DNA from: Tubulanus polymorphus
Lineage: Eukaryota > Animalia > Nemertea
Direction: 5' to 3'
Length of the DNA: 64,000 nt
NCBI RefSeq assembly: GCF_964204645.1
Contig: NC_134031.1
Span: forward strand, 2,480,001 to 2,544,000
How positions within the stretch are numbered: the stretch's first letter is position 1; each line of letters opens with the position of its first letter. Below are positions 50,154 to 64,000 of this stretch, one piece after another. The position numbers and the translations under genes are program-made. The notes beneath the pieces are model-generated. The model was not told the DNA's origin. It saw nothing but the letters and a program-made list of their open reading frames with translations, and ran no database searches.

Positions 50154-50930
50154 CTGCGAAAAAAGAACATTTCTTTCTTCATAAATATTTCCTATTTCAG
50201 CAGCTCTGTACTCTGATTTATTTGTAAATTACGTTACCTTAAAATCCAGGAGGAAGTCGTTTTTGAAAAAGTTTGTTTTCGCGTAGAATCACAATCTGCA
50301 GAATCACAAGTTGTCGAGAGTGTCTCTGGATCCGCCGGATTCGCCGGATACAATGCGCAGAGTACCGAGTGGGGCGCGGTAAAAATCTACTACCGGATTA
50401 GACAAACAAGCAGATGTACGCGACACTTACACAAACGATTTTAATGAAGCTCTCAGAAAGGTTAAAACTGACGAATCAAGAGAACAATAGATTAAAAGAT
50501 GACAGTGTTATTCAATACGATCAACGCGCAGTTTTCCGTTTGACAAGTTCTCATGCGTATGTTAGGTTTGGCTAAAACATTGCTCCATTCATTGTGTTGC
50601 AGATCTCAAACAATTGTCGCTGTTGGCAGATTTTCCAAACCGAAACTATAACGTTAGCGAAGACATCATACATCTTGTCAGAAGGAAATCCTACTTTGAT
50701 TTAAGAATCGAATATCAATCAAACATCTTCAAAAATCGGTTTATATTCGACACAAGCCGGTAACGATTATAGGATGAAATTGGAAATTCTAATTCTTTTG
50801 CAGAAATGATAACAACAGAAATACAATAAATCGTGGCCGTTAATGAGAATGCTTTCCATTTGATAGAAGTAGACAACATAATCTATGACAACATTCACTC
50901 TGCTCCAACCATAGTAAGATATTATAATAG

Positions 50931-53900
50931 TTAAGACGGTGGGAGTTTATCCTGTAGTGTAGTTCTACGTTTCGGGGCTTTCCCAGTCGGGTCGACCGAT
51001 TGAATTCTCGTGACTCCTCGAATCTCTGCGTATTTAAGCCGGAATGACCTATACGCGTATATATACGGCCACATGGCTGACTTGAGTGGTACGACGAAAA
51101 GACATATCCAATGAACGACGAATTGCGATAGATTGAGCTCCATCACATTTCCTAATTTCATAATTATAACGATCATCGTACTCAAGGCATTCAGCACTAT
51201 TATACTCTTGATTCGCAGTGTATACTTCATATCTATAAGCTGTTCTGTAGTCATCGTTTCTTTCGTCAGAGTGGCGTGTTTAGCGTACATACCCAGGATT
51301 AGCGACATGATACAAAGAGCGATAAACGACATCAAATCGATGGCGATCTCGATTCCGTGAAACGTCTCCCAACCTGCCACGAAATTCCCGAATAAAGTAG
51401 TCGACAGGCAAAGGCCATTGGTTTCGTACATAGCTTTCCCGAGATCGGGCAAAATCAATACAGGTATCAGGCAAATAATCGCCCCGTACAACCACGGAAC
51501 TATCAAAGAGAGTCGAAAGAAGTGCTTGTTTTCAAAAACGGATGATTTGAAAAATGATAGAATTTCAATGACGCGTTCAGCAGACATGAATAGAATTGCA
51601 ATGAGAGAAATTTGACAACTCAACGACCAAAGAATACCAACAGTCTTACAAACACCTGACTTCAGCAACCATAAAGCCCATTTGTGATACTCTCCCGAAG
51701 TTGTCTTGCTCGTAAAAGCCACCAATACGATATAGATAGCCATCGGTAATTCGGATAAAGCTACATTCGAGACAAGAATCGACGTGGCAAAATTTCGCTC
51801 GGTACACAGCTTCCAAATCGGTATGACGACATTGCCTACTAGTGACATCACCCCGACTAGCCATACTACGTTTTGAATGAAATCATCAGTCAACAGATCG
51901 CTGCAGGTTGAGAATTCGTCTATATTCGGCGTACAACGGCGTATCGACGACTGCAGACAACAATAACTGAAATGTGACGTAATCAGTGTGGACAACGAGT
52001 CGATTTGAAAAGCTCTAGGATCGACATCGACCGGCAAGTTCCGGGAAATGTCTAATTCTACCAAACTATTCATATCAGAGAATGCCAAACCATTGATTCT
52101 ATTTAACAGGTTTTTCTTCAGAGTTAACTTTTGCAAGGCGACAAGTCCCCGAAAAGAAAAATCTTCGATAACCGAAATGGCAAAATAAGAAAGGTCGAGA
52201 CGTTTTAGCGAAACTGCACCGATGAAAGCAAGGGGTTCAATGGTGGTGATTCGGTTTCCACGAAGCTCAAGACGGCGCAGATTCGTCAGACCCCTGAAAG
52301 CGTTTCGTGGTAAAATCGAGACAAAGTTGAACGCCAGGTTGAGCTCGTAAAGACTCCCCATCGAAGAGAACGCAGATGTCGGAAGAGAAGTAATATAGTT
52401 GTAAGACAGATCGAGACGTGCCAATGAATAATACTCTGAAAATGTATCGTTAGTCAGCAATAATCTGTTATAAGAGAATACCAGACTTCGTAAATCTTTA
52501 ACCATTTTTGACGGTAGTTCGGTTAAATTTCTACCCAAACAATCGACAAACAGTCCAAATTGACGACACGTTTCAACTTGACCATCGGCAACTGAGCAAT
52601 ACTTTTCGTCGTCGCCGTTTTGTTTGCAGTCTACTTTTCCATCGCAGACGTGTTTCTGCGATAGACAAAACGAAGAGTTCTTACATCGAAAACTGCCGGC
52701 ACAAGATCGTCTGGGACATTCTAGTTCATCTTCACCTGACGGACAATCGGAAACACCGTCACAAACTCTTCTTTCGTGAATACAATACGACAAATGACAT
52801 TTGAACATATGCGGACACGTGAAATTGCGACAGTTCTTCAAGTGTTCGTTTCGACGACAAACGGGACCGATCATGTTGGGATTTTCGTAAATGCAAGCGT
52901 CGTATCTGGCAAAACAATTATGATTCGTTTCAAGGTCACACCTGACGTCATTTCTCGCCTCGCAATAGCGCCGGAAGTTCGTTCTTATGCGCTTCCTCCT
53001 GCTATCGTGAACTTCAATTCTCCTTGATTTCATATAAACAAATTTTGCTTCGTCTTCCATATCGTAGAATGAGTCATCGTCTTCCCCGTGCTCGCAGTCA
53101 GCTACCAGATCCTGAACGTTTTCCTGAAAGATGCATTTGCCACTGTAACACCGAAACCGATCCTTACAGATGTCGTCCGTCCAGCTGTCAGTACAATCCT
53201 CATCGGAGCCGTCCCGACAATGCTCGATCCAGTCACATCGTTTCGCAATCTGAATACATTCACCAGATCGACAATGGAACTCTCCGCTTTTGCATTTCGG
53301 ATAAGTGCAGTACGCCTCATCCGAACCATCTTCGCAATCACGTACGTGATCGCAGTGTAGAGATATAGGGATACATCCTCTTCCGTCATCGCAAGTGAAC
53401 GTCGACTGATCGCAAATACCGCAGTTCAGTTCATCTATACCGCCGTTACAGTCGACGCTTCCGTCGCAGACTCGTCCGATTGATATACACGTGCCATCTA
53501 AACACCGGAATTGCGTCACGTTGTTACAAACGTATCGATTCGATATCGGTGGAACTTCGCAGAGAACGTTTATCACGCGAGGATAATTAACGGCCGGATT
53601 CTGAAATCCGGGTAATTCTAGATACGGCTGTTGACTACAAGAAGTTTGACGTAGAACCCATTTGTACGGTTTCATGAGGTATTCTTGCCAACTCAACGAT
53701 TCGGCATTTTTCTCGATGTAGTTACACACAGTCTCGTTCTCGTCCGCTTTCACCCAAATTGCTCCGTATTCCGACCTGTGACGCCAGATCTGCAGATACT
53801 GATTGATGAAATCCATGTCATTTTCGGTAATGTTTGCCGCGGTTGAATTCTCATACTCGCCTTTGCAGTACCTCGTAGCAAGGTCATAAGACAATTCCCG

Positions 53901-56034
53901 TTTAAGCAGCCGACTAGAAGCCAACAACTGGATACATTTTCCATTGAGCTGCAACCAGTTTTGTGGACAGTCGGTCATATCAAATCTGTCGGCGTCGAAA
54001 CCAAATTCAGTTTTGTCCGTTTGATTTTTGCTCTGTTTTAGTGTCGTCTGATTGATTGATGTCGTCTGATTGGCCAGTTCTTCGACGTCGATATCAGTTC
54101 TGATTTTTTTCTCGCACACATGCCCTGGCGCATCGAACTCCGCACTGCAAGCTGTAGCCATTGAGTTCCATTCACTAAGAGGATTGTTTGGTGTCATCAC
54201 TGTGCAATGAAATAATTCTTGTTGGAATGGTTGCATGATTCCGGGATTGATCAAATGCTTCATTTGGACTGTGGTGAGGAACGCGTTTCTTTCGTCTTTA
54301 AACCAAGACGGATCGAGCACGGGAGTTCCGTCCAGCCATTCGTGCCTTCTATGCTGAAAATGATAGTTTGTAATATAGCAACAAACCCCGATATTCATTT
54401 TGAAGCATCTAGAATTGTAACGGTTTCTTATGGTACTGGAGGACATTCCTTTGCAATATCATCTAATTTCATTAGTTTGTGTGAAATGATTCTATCTACT
54501 AGATAAAATCTGTCCACGATAAGAAACGAAACGAACGTCAGACAAACATGGACTTTTGAATACTAAAACCGTTATTTCATACTTTATGCGATGGAATTGA
54601 TACCCAGCCTCACCTTCAAGTTATAAACGATGCCTACAAATATAGCAGTTGCTTGGTCTCCGGTCTTGGAGTTCGGGTAGAGTTCATCCCTCCATTCGAC
54701 CAAGAACAAGTATTTGAGAACGTTCTCGACGTCTTCAGTTTTAAACGTTAGTAACCTACCACCCTCTTGTTCGCAATGTTTGCTCGCATTCAACCACGTA
54801 TCCTTTTCGTACTGTAGTATAGAGACATTGAGTGAAAACATTTTCAGAAATAACATAGACAATATGAATAACATTGATAGAGATAAGTAAAGGACATTCA
54901 GCAAAAACATATGTCTAAACACCGGCTAACCTTGAATAATTTATAGCACGTGTCTTTATATCTATAGTATTCGTCATCTCCACATTGCGATGAAGGTCGA
55001 ATCAATCCTCTCGGTTTATCAAATGATTTCACCGCGTATCTTAACGTTATCTGCGCTTGTTTAGTAACTACGGAGCCCATAATCGGATACAGATCAATCA
55101 GCAATGGTGAAAGGTCAAACGTTTTCCATCCGTATTGAGGAATATTTGATGCCACTCCTAATCCGTAACTGCCCGGCTCGTAGTTAAACAGGGTTGTTCC
55201 GTTTCGCCCGTATTGTAATAAGCGGAATATGACCGTCACATAGTTGGCGTTATGTATGAAGTCGATTTCGAAGTAGCATCGCCTCGTATCCGGGCAGAAA
55301 CTAGAATTCGGGTGATGTTTTAACGTCACAATACTGGATTTTCTCTCGGACAGTACTATAGTACCGCACTTTTCGATATAGAATGTCTCCACGATTGGAC
55401 TTGGGCCGTTGAAGTTCATTACCTAACACATAAAACAAATTGATAAATGACTAAACCAACCACCACTAATTTGGTTATCGACCCTTATTTGAGTTATTAA
55501 GATGTCCTATAGACAATAAGATAAAATCCCACTATTTACAGATTAAAAGAATTTAAAAACCAGAATTTATTTATTAAATCTAAAATATTTAAAAGACACG
55601 ACGTTTCGATCTCACCCTAGAGATCATCACCTGACGATGATCTCTAGGGTGAGATCGAAACGTCGTGTCTTTTAAATATTTTAGATTTAATAAATAATTC
55701 TGGTTTTTAAATTCTTTTAATCTGTAAATAGTGGGATTTTATCTTATTATCCGTTCACCACGTTTGAGTGTGGTCATCGTTCTATAGACAATATTGTGCA
55801 GCATACGTATCTTGCAAAATTGAAATGGTTTTGCATGATGTATTGATTGTTTCTTTCATTTTACTCAATTTTTCAAATGAATATTAAGCAAAGCATATTT
55901 CCTAACGCCACGCCTTTCTGTTCATATACGTATTTGGTAAGAATAATTTTCCCTACCTGTTTTGAATAATCGCATTCGAAAGCGGAAGTCGTCCCGAGAA
56001 AGAATGCTACGGTTATCAACAAAGCGGCGCCCAT
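50931..56034 (-). CDS. GRL101-like GPCR copy B (tandem paralog of copy A), ~1396 aa
   Basis: Exons 56034-55957 (signal peptide MGAALLITVAFFLGTTSA), 55422-54931, 54811-54614, 54353-50931. Same architecture and intron positions as copy A. Confidence 0.9.
55507..55793. mobile_element. Penelope-like retroelement terminal fragment with an inverted duplication and a 12-bp TSD
   Basis: Arms 55515-55628 and 55636-55748 are near-perfect reverse complements. CTATAGACAATA is directly repeated at 55507 and 55782. Confidence 0.8.
55628..55667 (+). ncRNA. Minimal type I hammerhead ribozyme motif
   Basis: CAC-CTGACGA-T-GATCTC/tagggt/GAGATC-GAAAC-GTC-GTG: intact core, 6-bp stem II, palindromic ACGT stem III, GUC triplet, 3-bp stem I. 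Confidence 0.65.
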
Positions 56035-58332
56035 TTTAGTTCCATTCAGTGGGTAGATTTCAATCCGCGGCATCTGCTGTACAATCAATTCGTCAACTTT
56101 TTCAAATGTCTTTTACAGTTTCAGACTAATACGAATGACCCGATCGATCTCGCTGGTTCATTGTTCAAATGTCTACGAGACAATGCCAGAAAATTATGAA
56201 CGAAGAAAGGCGTAGCGTAAAACTGTCTGCACAAGATGTTTTATGTATTTGGCAGCTCTTAATTATTTAACTTACTGCGTGATTTTGAAATTAGATATTC
56301 TCGATATCATCTCGTAAGATTTGTAATTTATAGTTTAGGCACACACCCAAATTTAGTCGGATACGTCTGGTTTTTCTGAAATAATGCATGGGGCTATAGC
56401 AGTCCTTTACTACACGATGGTTTCTTCGTGTCAAGTCCAGCGCGATGCGGAGAAACGCAGAAACGCAGAAACGCAGAAACAGGTGACACGTATCCGAACG
56501 TTTCCCTTTGTGTCGTGTGCGTGTACGAGAAACATTGTTTCGTGAAACTGTTATGTTGTTTCCTATAGGGTAAGACAGGTTACGTTAAGGGAAAAGTCAA
56601 ATCTATGGAGAATTGAACGCTGGTTGATTTTATTTGAAATTCGAATGCGTGCAGCATTCTTGTTACAAGATCGTAAACGCGAAATGAGTATACCGTTACG
56701 GACAGATAGTAGAACCGACAAATGAACGAGGAAATTCGTTCGAATGCGACTTCATGTTTGAAGGATTTATTCATGTTGTCGAACGTTTTTTCGTATTCAA
56801 TGACCTTCAAACAATGAATAATATTTTTCCGAAAATGAATATTTCATGACGTTTAAAGATTTGTATATAGTCATCGGGTTAAATGCAACATTGAATGGTT
56901 TTTCGTAAAGATACCTATTGACTATAGTCGACCTCGACATGAAGTCGATAATGGATTATGTCCCGACGGATGAGAGAAAATAATATGAAGCTATGTCGGG
57001 TAGATTGTAGAATAACACAGAGGAAACCGCTTTGGGGACACATTAACTGCTCAACCAGCTTCATAAATCTTGCTGGATCAACAAAATTCGACTGAACTTA
57101 TGTATATAAATTGCCAGAAGGCGGCAATAAAGATGTACATCATCAGTTAGTCGGGGTTAATAATAATAATGCATATGTTTCGTAATGTTAGTTGCTTACT
57201 TACGAAGATACTCGAGAACCATATAGAAAAAGCACTTCACACAGAATGTAACATAACTTGAAAAATCGTCTTCAAACAGCGCCACTTCAACAACATATAA
57301 TGACAAACATTGACGAGTAAGATGCGCAAGACAGAAGATATGAATTGCACGAAATTTAGGCAATTGAAGAAGAAAGTAGTAGTTGTTGCGACTACACCGA
57401 ATGATCACAAAGCGCGCAGTAGTCGAGGCTGGATGTCGTCGGAAAGTTTTTGATTTTTCCTAAATCCGACGTTTTTGATTGATTCAACTCGGGTGCGCGT
57501 GTATACTGAAAAATGAATTCGTCGCTATCACCGGGATTCGAAACTCACAGAAACGAATCTATATCGAGCGGCGTTAAGTCTAAACGACTGTAGTGGAATA
57601 TTTTAATAGACAAAATGAGGAAACAACAGCAGAAATTTAGTTACCCAGTAGAAAAGGGCTCTTCTAGTCGCAGGTATGCCCCACTTCGAGGATCTGCAGA
57701 TGTATACGCGATGGACGACGATTCGAAAGGTCAGTAACTATATATCTTTTATTCGCGGCGGGTTTTAGGTGATCCGAAGCTTTTTTTGTGCAATTTCAGC
57801 TAATTCAATTCGTCCGTTCAATTTAATCATTCATGTTCTATCCACAAAGAAAATAAATTCAAAATCCAAGATTTCCAATTATTCACGAAATACATTAGAA
57901 TATTTCCTCAGTTATATGCGATAAAAAAGAAAATCAACATTTTACCCCATTTTTTATGTATGAATATTTTCATTAATGGTTCGATTCGTTCAAGATACAT
58001 CACGACTCCCGACAGTATCGCGGTACCACCAAACAGAAACGTTTCTAGATCCATTACGCTTATCTCGCTATTAGCACCTTGAATATCCGGCATACTGGTA
58101 TTATTAGGCATCACGAATATTTCCTAAAAAAATGGCACTCTCTTGAAAAAAAAGCTCGGGATAGTTTCATCGATATGAATATCCAATTCGTCCATAAATT
58201 CATGGGATATGATCTTTAGGTGAAATGAAAATTCTTTGCTTGTCTGTTAAAGATTCAATGATAATCGAATTGCAAAAGGCAAGTATCCGCACTTATTTTA
58301 CGCCTGTTTAATCCAGATCGATTTAGACTGAT

Positions 58333-58442
58333 GGACCCAGTTCCACAGTTACGAGTTAGAGATAACTCTGAGTTAAAGTTAGTTCATTTTCAATGAGTTA
58401 ACTCTGAGTCAAATCTTAACTCGGAACTGCGGAACTGGACCC
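58333..58442. mobile_element. PIF/Harbinger-like MITE
   Basis: GGACCCAGTTCCACAGTT...AACTGCGGAACTGGACCC with internal GAGTTAACTC palindromes. Confidence 0.7.
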
Positions 58443-60690
58443 TGAAGTTCATCCGGATTTTGAGAAATCCGAATTGGACGTCATATTGGACGTGCATTTA
58501 TTCATAGGTGAACCGTGAACATTATCTGGATAATAGTAGAATGTAAAACTCCGACGTGGGGGATGTAATATTAGGTTTTTAAAACCCAACATAATCTAAA
58601 AAAAAACTTTTTAAATCAAAAACTTAAATCAAATTCAATCAAACGACGCTTCGAGATCATCATCAGGTGCATAATATAGCGGGTTTTAAACTTGTTATCT
58701 GGATAAGATCGAAATCTCGATTAAACTGATCTGGATTTAGCCGATTTGACTGGATAATCAGATAGCGCTAATATGTCTAATTCTATGAAGTTCTACGAAT
58801 GTTTCCGGTGAAATATAGAAAAAAATCAGCTCTCTTAAATCTTCATTCCACCATCTTGTCTTTGGCAATTCCAACAAGCCCGAATGAGATCGTGTAATCC
58901 AATACGTATAATCAAAAATCGCATCATTCTGTGAAGATCTTTGATATACTTTAATTAGACATTTGCAGCTCTCATCGTTACTTTTATATATGATATTCCC
59001 ACAGGCTGTAAGGATGTAATACCATAATTGCATTCCATTCTTTATCGAAATAATATCTAATGTTCCTCTTGAAATAAAACTCTTCTCTGCTCTCATAAAT
59101 TTCGAAGATATTCCCGCTAAGCCCGACCCGACATACATTCCATTCTTTTGAAAAAAATCGCATCTGATATTTTGCTTTAGAAACCTGGATATGCTTCGGC
59201 ACACCGGAGGAAAAATATCCGGCACCCGTGATTCGTGATTAATACCCGTAATCAGTGGCGATTATACCGTGGTTTATACCAGAACATATCGATACTTAAT
59301 ACATCTGACCGAATACCGCTACTATCATTCGTTTGTGCAGACGATCGACGTGCAATTTCTCGTGGTTATTTGAAACTAGTTTGTTTCCTTGCTTGTATTA
59401 GATTCATTCGGGTTCGAATTTTTTGCTCTTTGAGATGAACACGGTTACGATGCATTTGGACAAGATGGCCGCCGCCGATGATAGACCACGTGCGCGTGAC
59501 GTCACAGCGCATGGCCGTCGAGCGCAATAGAGGGTCACAGTACTGTTGACGGCCAATATGACACATGCGATCTGTGCAGCTGGGAAAATGATACAAGGTC
59601 ACAGACAAAATGTTGACGACGTCATAGATCTCCAACTATGAGAAATAAGATGACAATTGAAGTGATAAGTAGGTCACAGTAAGCTCTATAAATCATAAAC
59701 GTAACCATGCCTAAAATCGTAATCTTGTACGTATGTTATATATAAAAGCTGGAGAAAGATGATACACTGTATCAGCCCATGGGGTCATCAATTAACGCTA
59801 AGTGACCGCGTGATGTAGCCTGGACACGATCAGTTTTTTTCTTATTCGTGATATATATATCTATATATATATATATATACTTCATGCAGTTGAGTATTTA
59901 TTCTATGTTCATGTATGTACGTGTGGTCCATGCAAATCCGTAAACGAGTCCGTAAAAAACCGTCGCTCACATTTGAAATCAGATGCTCATGCATATTTCA
60001 AATCCATTTTTCAAGAGTCGTATCAAGTGTTCTTCCCCGGAAAACTTCAACTTTACCGCGCGGTTCAAATACGCGTATAGGACGTTTTCGAGCAGACGAG
60101 ATGTTGGCGAGAAGTATACGTGCGTGCACAATCGTTTTTGAAATCGTATTCAAATGATGCATATTTTAAACGAAAACAATTCAAGGGAAATCACTAGATA
60201 AAAATACATGCAATTTACACATACACGTATACAAGAAAGATGAAATTTATGCACATAATACAAACAAATTGGATAGGAAGATTTTGTTGTTTTTTTGTCT
60301 GGAAAATCATTGCGGTTTTCATTGTCTGTTGCGCATTCGTTGAATATATATTGTTCTTAATCTCTTTGTATTCCGGATGAAATTTCGACGCATTTGTCCA
60401 CAATCGGGTGTGCATACATGTATATTACCAAACGAAATATTTAGACGAACGAAGAGTGCATTAAAAAGTAGAAGGTTAGATAGAGAGAGAGAGAGGGAGA
60501 TGCTCTTAATGATAAAAAAACTCTAGTTTATTCGTTATATTAAATGTTTTGCTGGATTAGGTTACATAGGAATAGATGCATTATAACCTGTAGTATTAGA
60601 CATAATTATTCCATCTATCCACGTCTGAAAAATTACTCGATGTTTCACAAGCTTTAATGAGGTCTCTATTGCTAAAAAAACTCATTCGAT

Positions 60691-60927
<237 letters not shown>

Positions 60928-61919
60928 ATTTCTTCAAAATTGAATACTCTAATTTGTAGTGCGCGTGTGTATTTTTTCCGTTTCGATGTAGTCGAATCAA
61001 GGGGTTTCAGGCTATCGTTATTAGTAATAACAGGCGACTTCTATTCAGTAACTCATCAATTATGTACAAATGCCTCCTCACTCTCGTGATATATCAAGTG
61101 ACTCGTTTCCGGTAATTCGTTGATTAGTATCGGTCTAAATACTGATGGCGAACAACTTCATACGAAATATTAATTATGTGACAGGTAGCCGAGTGGTTCT
61201 CTGGTCCGGATCACGGTCCGGATCTTTGTCCGGGTCACTGGATGCCCATCGAAAGAAAGCTATAACGATATTCGCTCCGGTATCAAATCTCTCTTTTATT
61301 CCAACATAACCATTTGACGAGAAGTTTTTGGTTTTCGTGATTCTCTGCGTCTTGTGCGTTCGGTAATGATCAGTGACGCTACGTGGTTATTGTATAGCTA
61401 TACTACTATTTGAAGATACAAAATAGGTCCCCAAAACCTCAATTTCTAATTTGACTAGCGAGGGTGAATAGGTCTTGTGACGAACATGCCTCCGAAGTTA
61501 CCTTGTTGTACGGCGTAAAATTCAAACTACTTGAAAAAGTGATAATAAGAAATCACGTCGCAGCCAACTTTTAACGACAGGAACATTTAGCTTTTTATCG
61601 TGAATTAATCGTCGATAGTTATTGGTTTTTGCCGCGGTATGAATAATGAAAAATTAATGATATTTAGCCCAGCAGGTGCCCGTTAATACTCAGCTATATA
61701 AATGTCACTCGTCAAACAGATTTATCGACTAATAAATACCCCACGTGACTGGAAATTTTATAGAAATAAATGCGATCCGGTAATTCGGTTGACAACGTCT
61801 TGTGAAATATACCTTAATATCGCGGGTATCCTTTGTGTGAGGGGAAAATGTTACTTAATATCCTCTTAATGATTCTGCATCTTATCAATTTTCGGCTTTC
61901 ATACCCTGAAGCCCACAGG

Positions 61920-62049
61920 GGCTCGTATTGGAAGTTTAGGGGTTGAACTGTGGCTTAGATCATCCAGTATCTCAGGTATTATTCTTCTTCGTATTTGGGA
62001 TACTGGATGATCTAAGCTACAGTTCACCACTAAACTTAAAATACGAGCC
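61920..62049. mobile_element. Hairpin MITE
   Basis: GGCTCGTATT...GATCATCCAGTATC / GATACTGGATGATC...AATACGAGCC, ~52-bp arms. Confidence 0.75.
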
Positions 62050-62409
62050 GTCCCTATATGCTGCAGCCATAATTTAGATTTAGACGTCTTATTAAAAGTT
62101 TTCACCATTTCGTGTGGAAGTGGTTCTATCCACTGGGCTCCACGACGCTATACGATCCTAGTACATCCATCTGTGGTGGTAACATCATACTGAAGGTTCC
62201 CGGTGAAGTTAAGAGTCAATTCTATCTCATAACTTTAAGGCTTAATCGCTAGTTCAAAAGCAAGCGATTTACACAGCAGCTGTCAGTCTTGAATCAAACT
62301 TGGCAACATGATATATGACCAAATCCCGATGGAACAAAGATCTCGAACGGGTAATCTTTCATCATTCTGGAATACACTTTCGAAACCTTTCTATCGAATT
62401 ATTTCATAA

Positions 62410-62742
62410 GACGGAATCACGTGACCACGATATACTACGACTCGTTCGTGTGTTGAACGAGATGTGTGACGTCACGTGAAACGACGGAGTGAGGGGAGGG
62501 GATATTAGACGCCACCGGTGATATTTAATTGACTAATACGTTTTGATGATAGAAAGCCGACGTTACAGACAAACGTGGCGTCTCACCGGATTAAATCGTA
62601 CTGATACACACGGATAATCGGTTTACTGTCATCGCCGTGATCAGACGACATTTACTATAGAACGCGACGATTTCGGAATAGATAGAAAACCTTTTGGGTA
62701 ATTTGCCAAATTGCATCAGCCGCACTACTCTTGAAGGTAAGC
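62410..62742 (+). promoter_or_regulatory. Candidate promoter and non-coding first exon of a downstream gene
   Basis: TCACGTGAC at 62417; overlapping CRE and E-box TGACGTCACGTGA at 62467-62479; strong donor AAG|GTAAGC at 62736/62737. Confidence 0.35.
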
Positions 62743-62858
62743 GAGAGATCTTTTCTGTTCGTGTGTTCTTTTCGAAAAATTGGAAAATTGGAAAAAATGC
62801 TTAGAAATACTTTGTTTGGGATTGTTAGCTAGCTTTTCGAGTAACCCGCAATATCAAT

Positions 62859-63009
62859 TTAAAACAACTGTTATGGTTTTTTTCTGACGTTTCGGCTGGA
62901 ATCCTTCCACGTACGTACCTTAAGTTAAGGAATTCACCTTAAGTTAAGGATTCCACCTTAAGTTGAGGAATTCGCGAAACGTAAGAAAAAAACAAAAGCA
63001 GTTGTTTAA
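62859..63009. repeat. Imperfect palindrome (Penelope-like ACGTTTCG...CGAAACGT) enclosing three tandem CCTTAAGTTAAGG units
   Basis: Arms TTAAAACAACTG...TTTTTTCTGACGTTTCG and CGAAACGTAAGAAAAAA...CAGTTGTTTAA. Confidence 0.65.
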
Positions 63010-64000
63010 TGATATTCGTCAAGACTGGAAATTGTCTGAACTATTTACAAATCATAGGCGTTCTCAAAATATGTTGAAAAGTGTCCCAAATCTAACAAAA
63101 ACAAAGAAGCGTATTAAATTCTTCAAAACCTACTTCGGAAATATGTGTTTATTTATCTCGAAATGTCTAAGAGATTTTATTCATATATGACATCGCTTGT
63201 CAGATAGTCCTCAAATTCGTCTGTATGATTTCTTTTTTTACCTTTGCGATATACACGTATTTTAGTTAATCTGGTTTATCTCTTTTTGAACTGTTACGCA
63301 AATGAAGCATCAGGAAGCTGTATAGCCGCACTAGCCAAGGGGAATAGTTTTAATCAGGTTCATTTTCATTTTATTGTAGTACAAAGTACAAATTTCGTTC
63401 ATACAGTACAAACAAGAAGATGGCAACTCACGCATATCAATGAATAGTAATAATATAGTGATTTAGGGAGGGGCAGGGTGTGGAGGTTCAAACGTGCTTT
63501 CAGGAATTGACATAATTTGACCCGATTATTGCTTAAAGAATCTAAAACTGGTTAGCACTCTTTCTTTTTGAGTTTACGAGACCCGGGTTCGAACCCCGGA
63601 TCCACGGACTTTCACAGTCACTTCTTAATCATTTCGATCGCTTCATTCTCGACGCGTCTCTTTGAAATGAAACTCGTTCTGTCGCACATCGAAGATAATC
63701 CATAAGATGGCGAGTCGGTGAAACGGTGTCGATATCTGGATCGCTGGATTTGCTCCGTGACACAGGAACGACCATGCCCCTCCCTAGTCGGCGCAAAGTA
63801 CCGCAATTCATTCTCAGCACGAAATGGGCAGCTTTACTACCAACGACATTCTAAACAAATATAAATGATCGCATTTTGACATCGGGATCTATGTTCGAAT
63901 GGGGAACGTACTTGAAATGATACGTATTTAAGTTAGATACCAACTTTTAAAATTTAATACTATTTTTTCTGGATTCGGATCATCTTTCATTATATGAAAA

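Noticed and set aside
45540-54506. Many short + strand and alternate-frame ORFs duplicated across the GPCR genes
   Set aside because: Antisense or shadow frames of the real CDS; they recur only because the genes are duplicated.
56580-60415. Short ORFs in the intergenic region, e.g. 58758-59225
   Set aside because: No recognisable domains and no consistent exon chain.
61899-62108. 69-aa minus-strand ORF
   Set aside because: It mostly overlaps a hairpin MITE and has no protein features.

Overview
Eukaryotic, intron-rich, AT-rich animal DNA, probably a lophotrochozoan invertebrate (inferred from the GRL101-type receptors). All gene models were assembled by hand from splice sites and reading frames; family calls rest on recalled homolog motifs, not database searches. 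In order, the window holds: (1) the 3' end of an ABHD14-family hydrolase with two paralogous terminal exons; (2) an EVI5-type TBC RabGAP (- strand, 16 coding exons, one GC-AG intron) lying head-to-head with (3) a FUBP1/KHSRP/PSI four-KH RNA-binding gene (17 coding exons, probable long 3'UTR); (4) a compact ~570-aa TEX15/TASOR-like DUF3715 pseudo-PARP gene with a prion-like, RG-tailed C-terminus; and (5) two tandem GRL101-like GPCR genes (lectin-LDLa-LRR-7TM) that are a mosaic of near-identical and diverged blocks. Non-coding DNA carries MITEs, fold-backs, SINEs, minisatellites and Penelope-type palindromes with minimal hammerhead ribozyme cores. The most interesting candidates are the stand-alone DUF3715 gene, the mosaic GPCR pair, the charge-swapped ABHD14 terminal exons and the hammerhead motifs.
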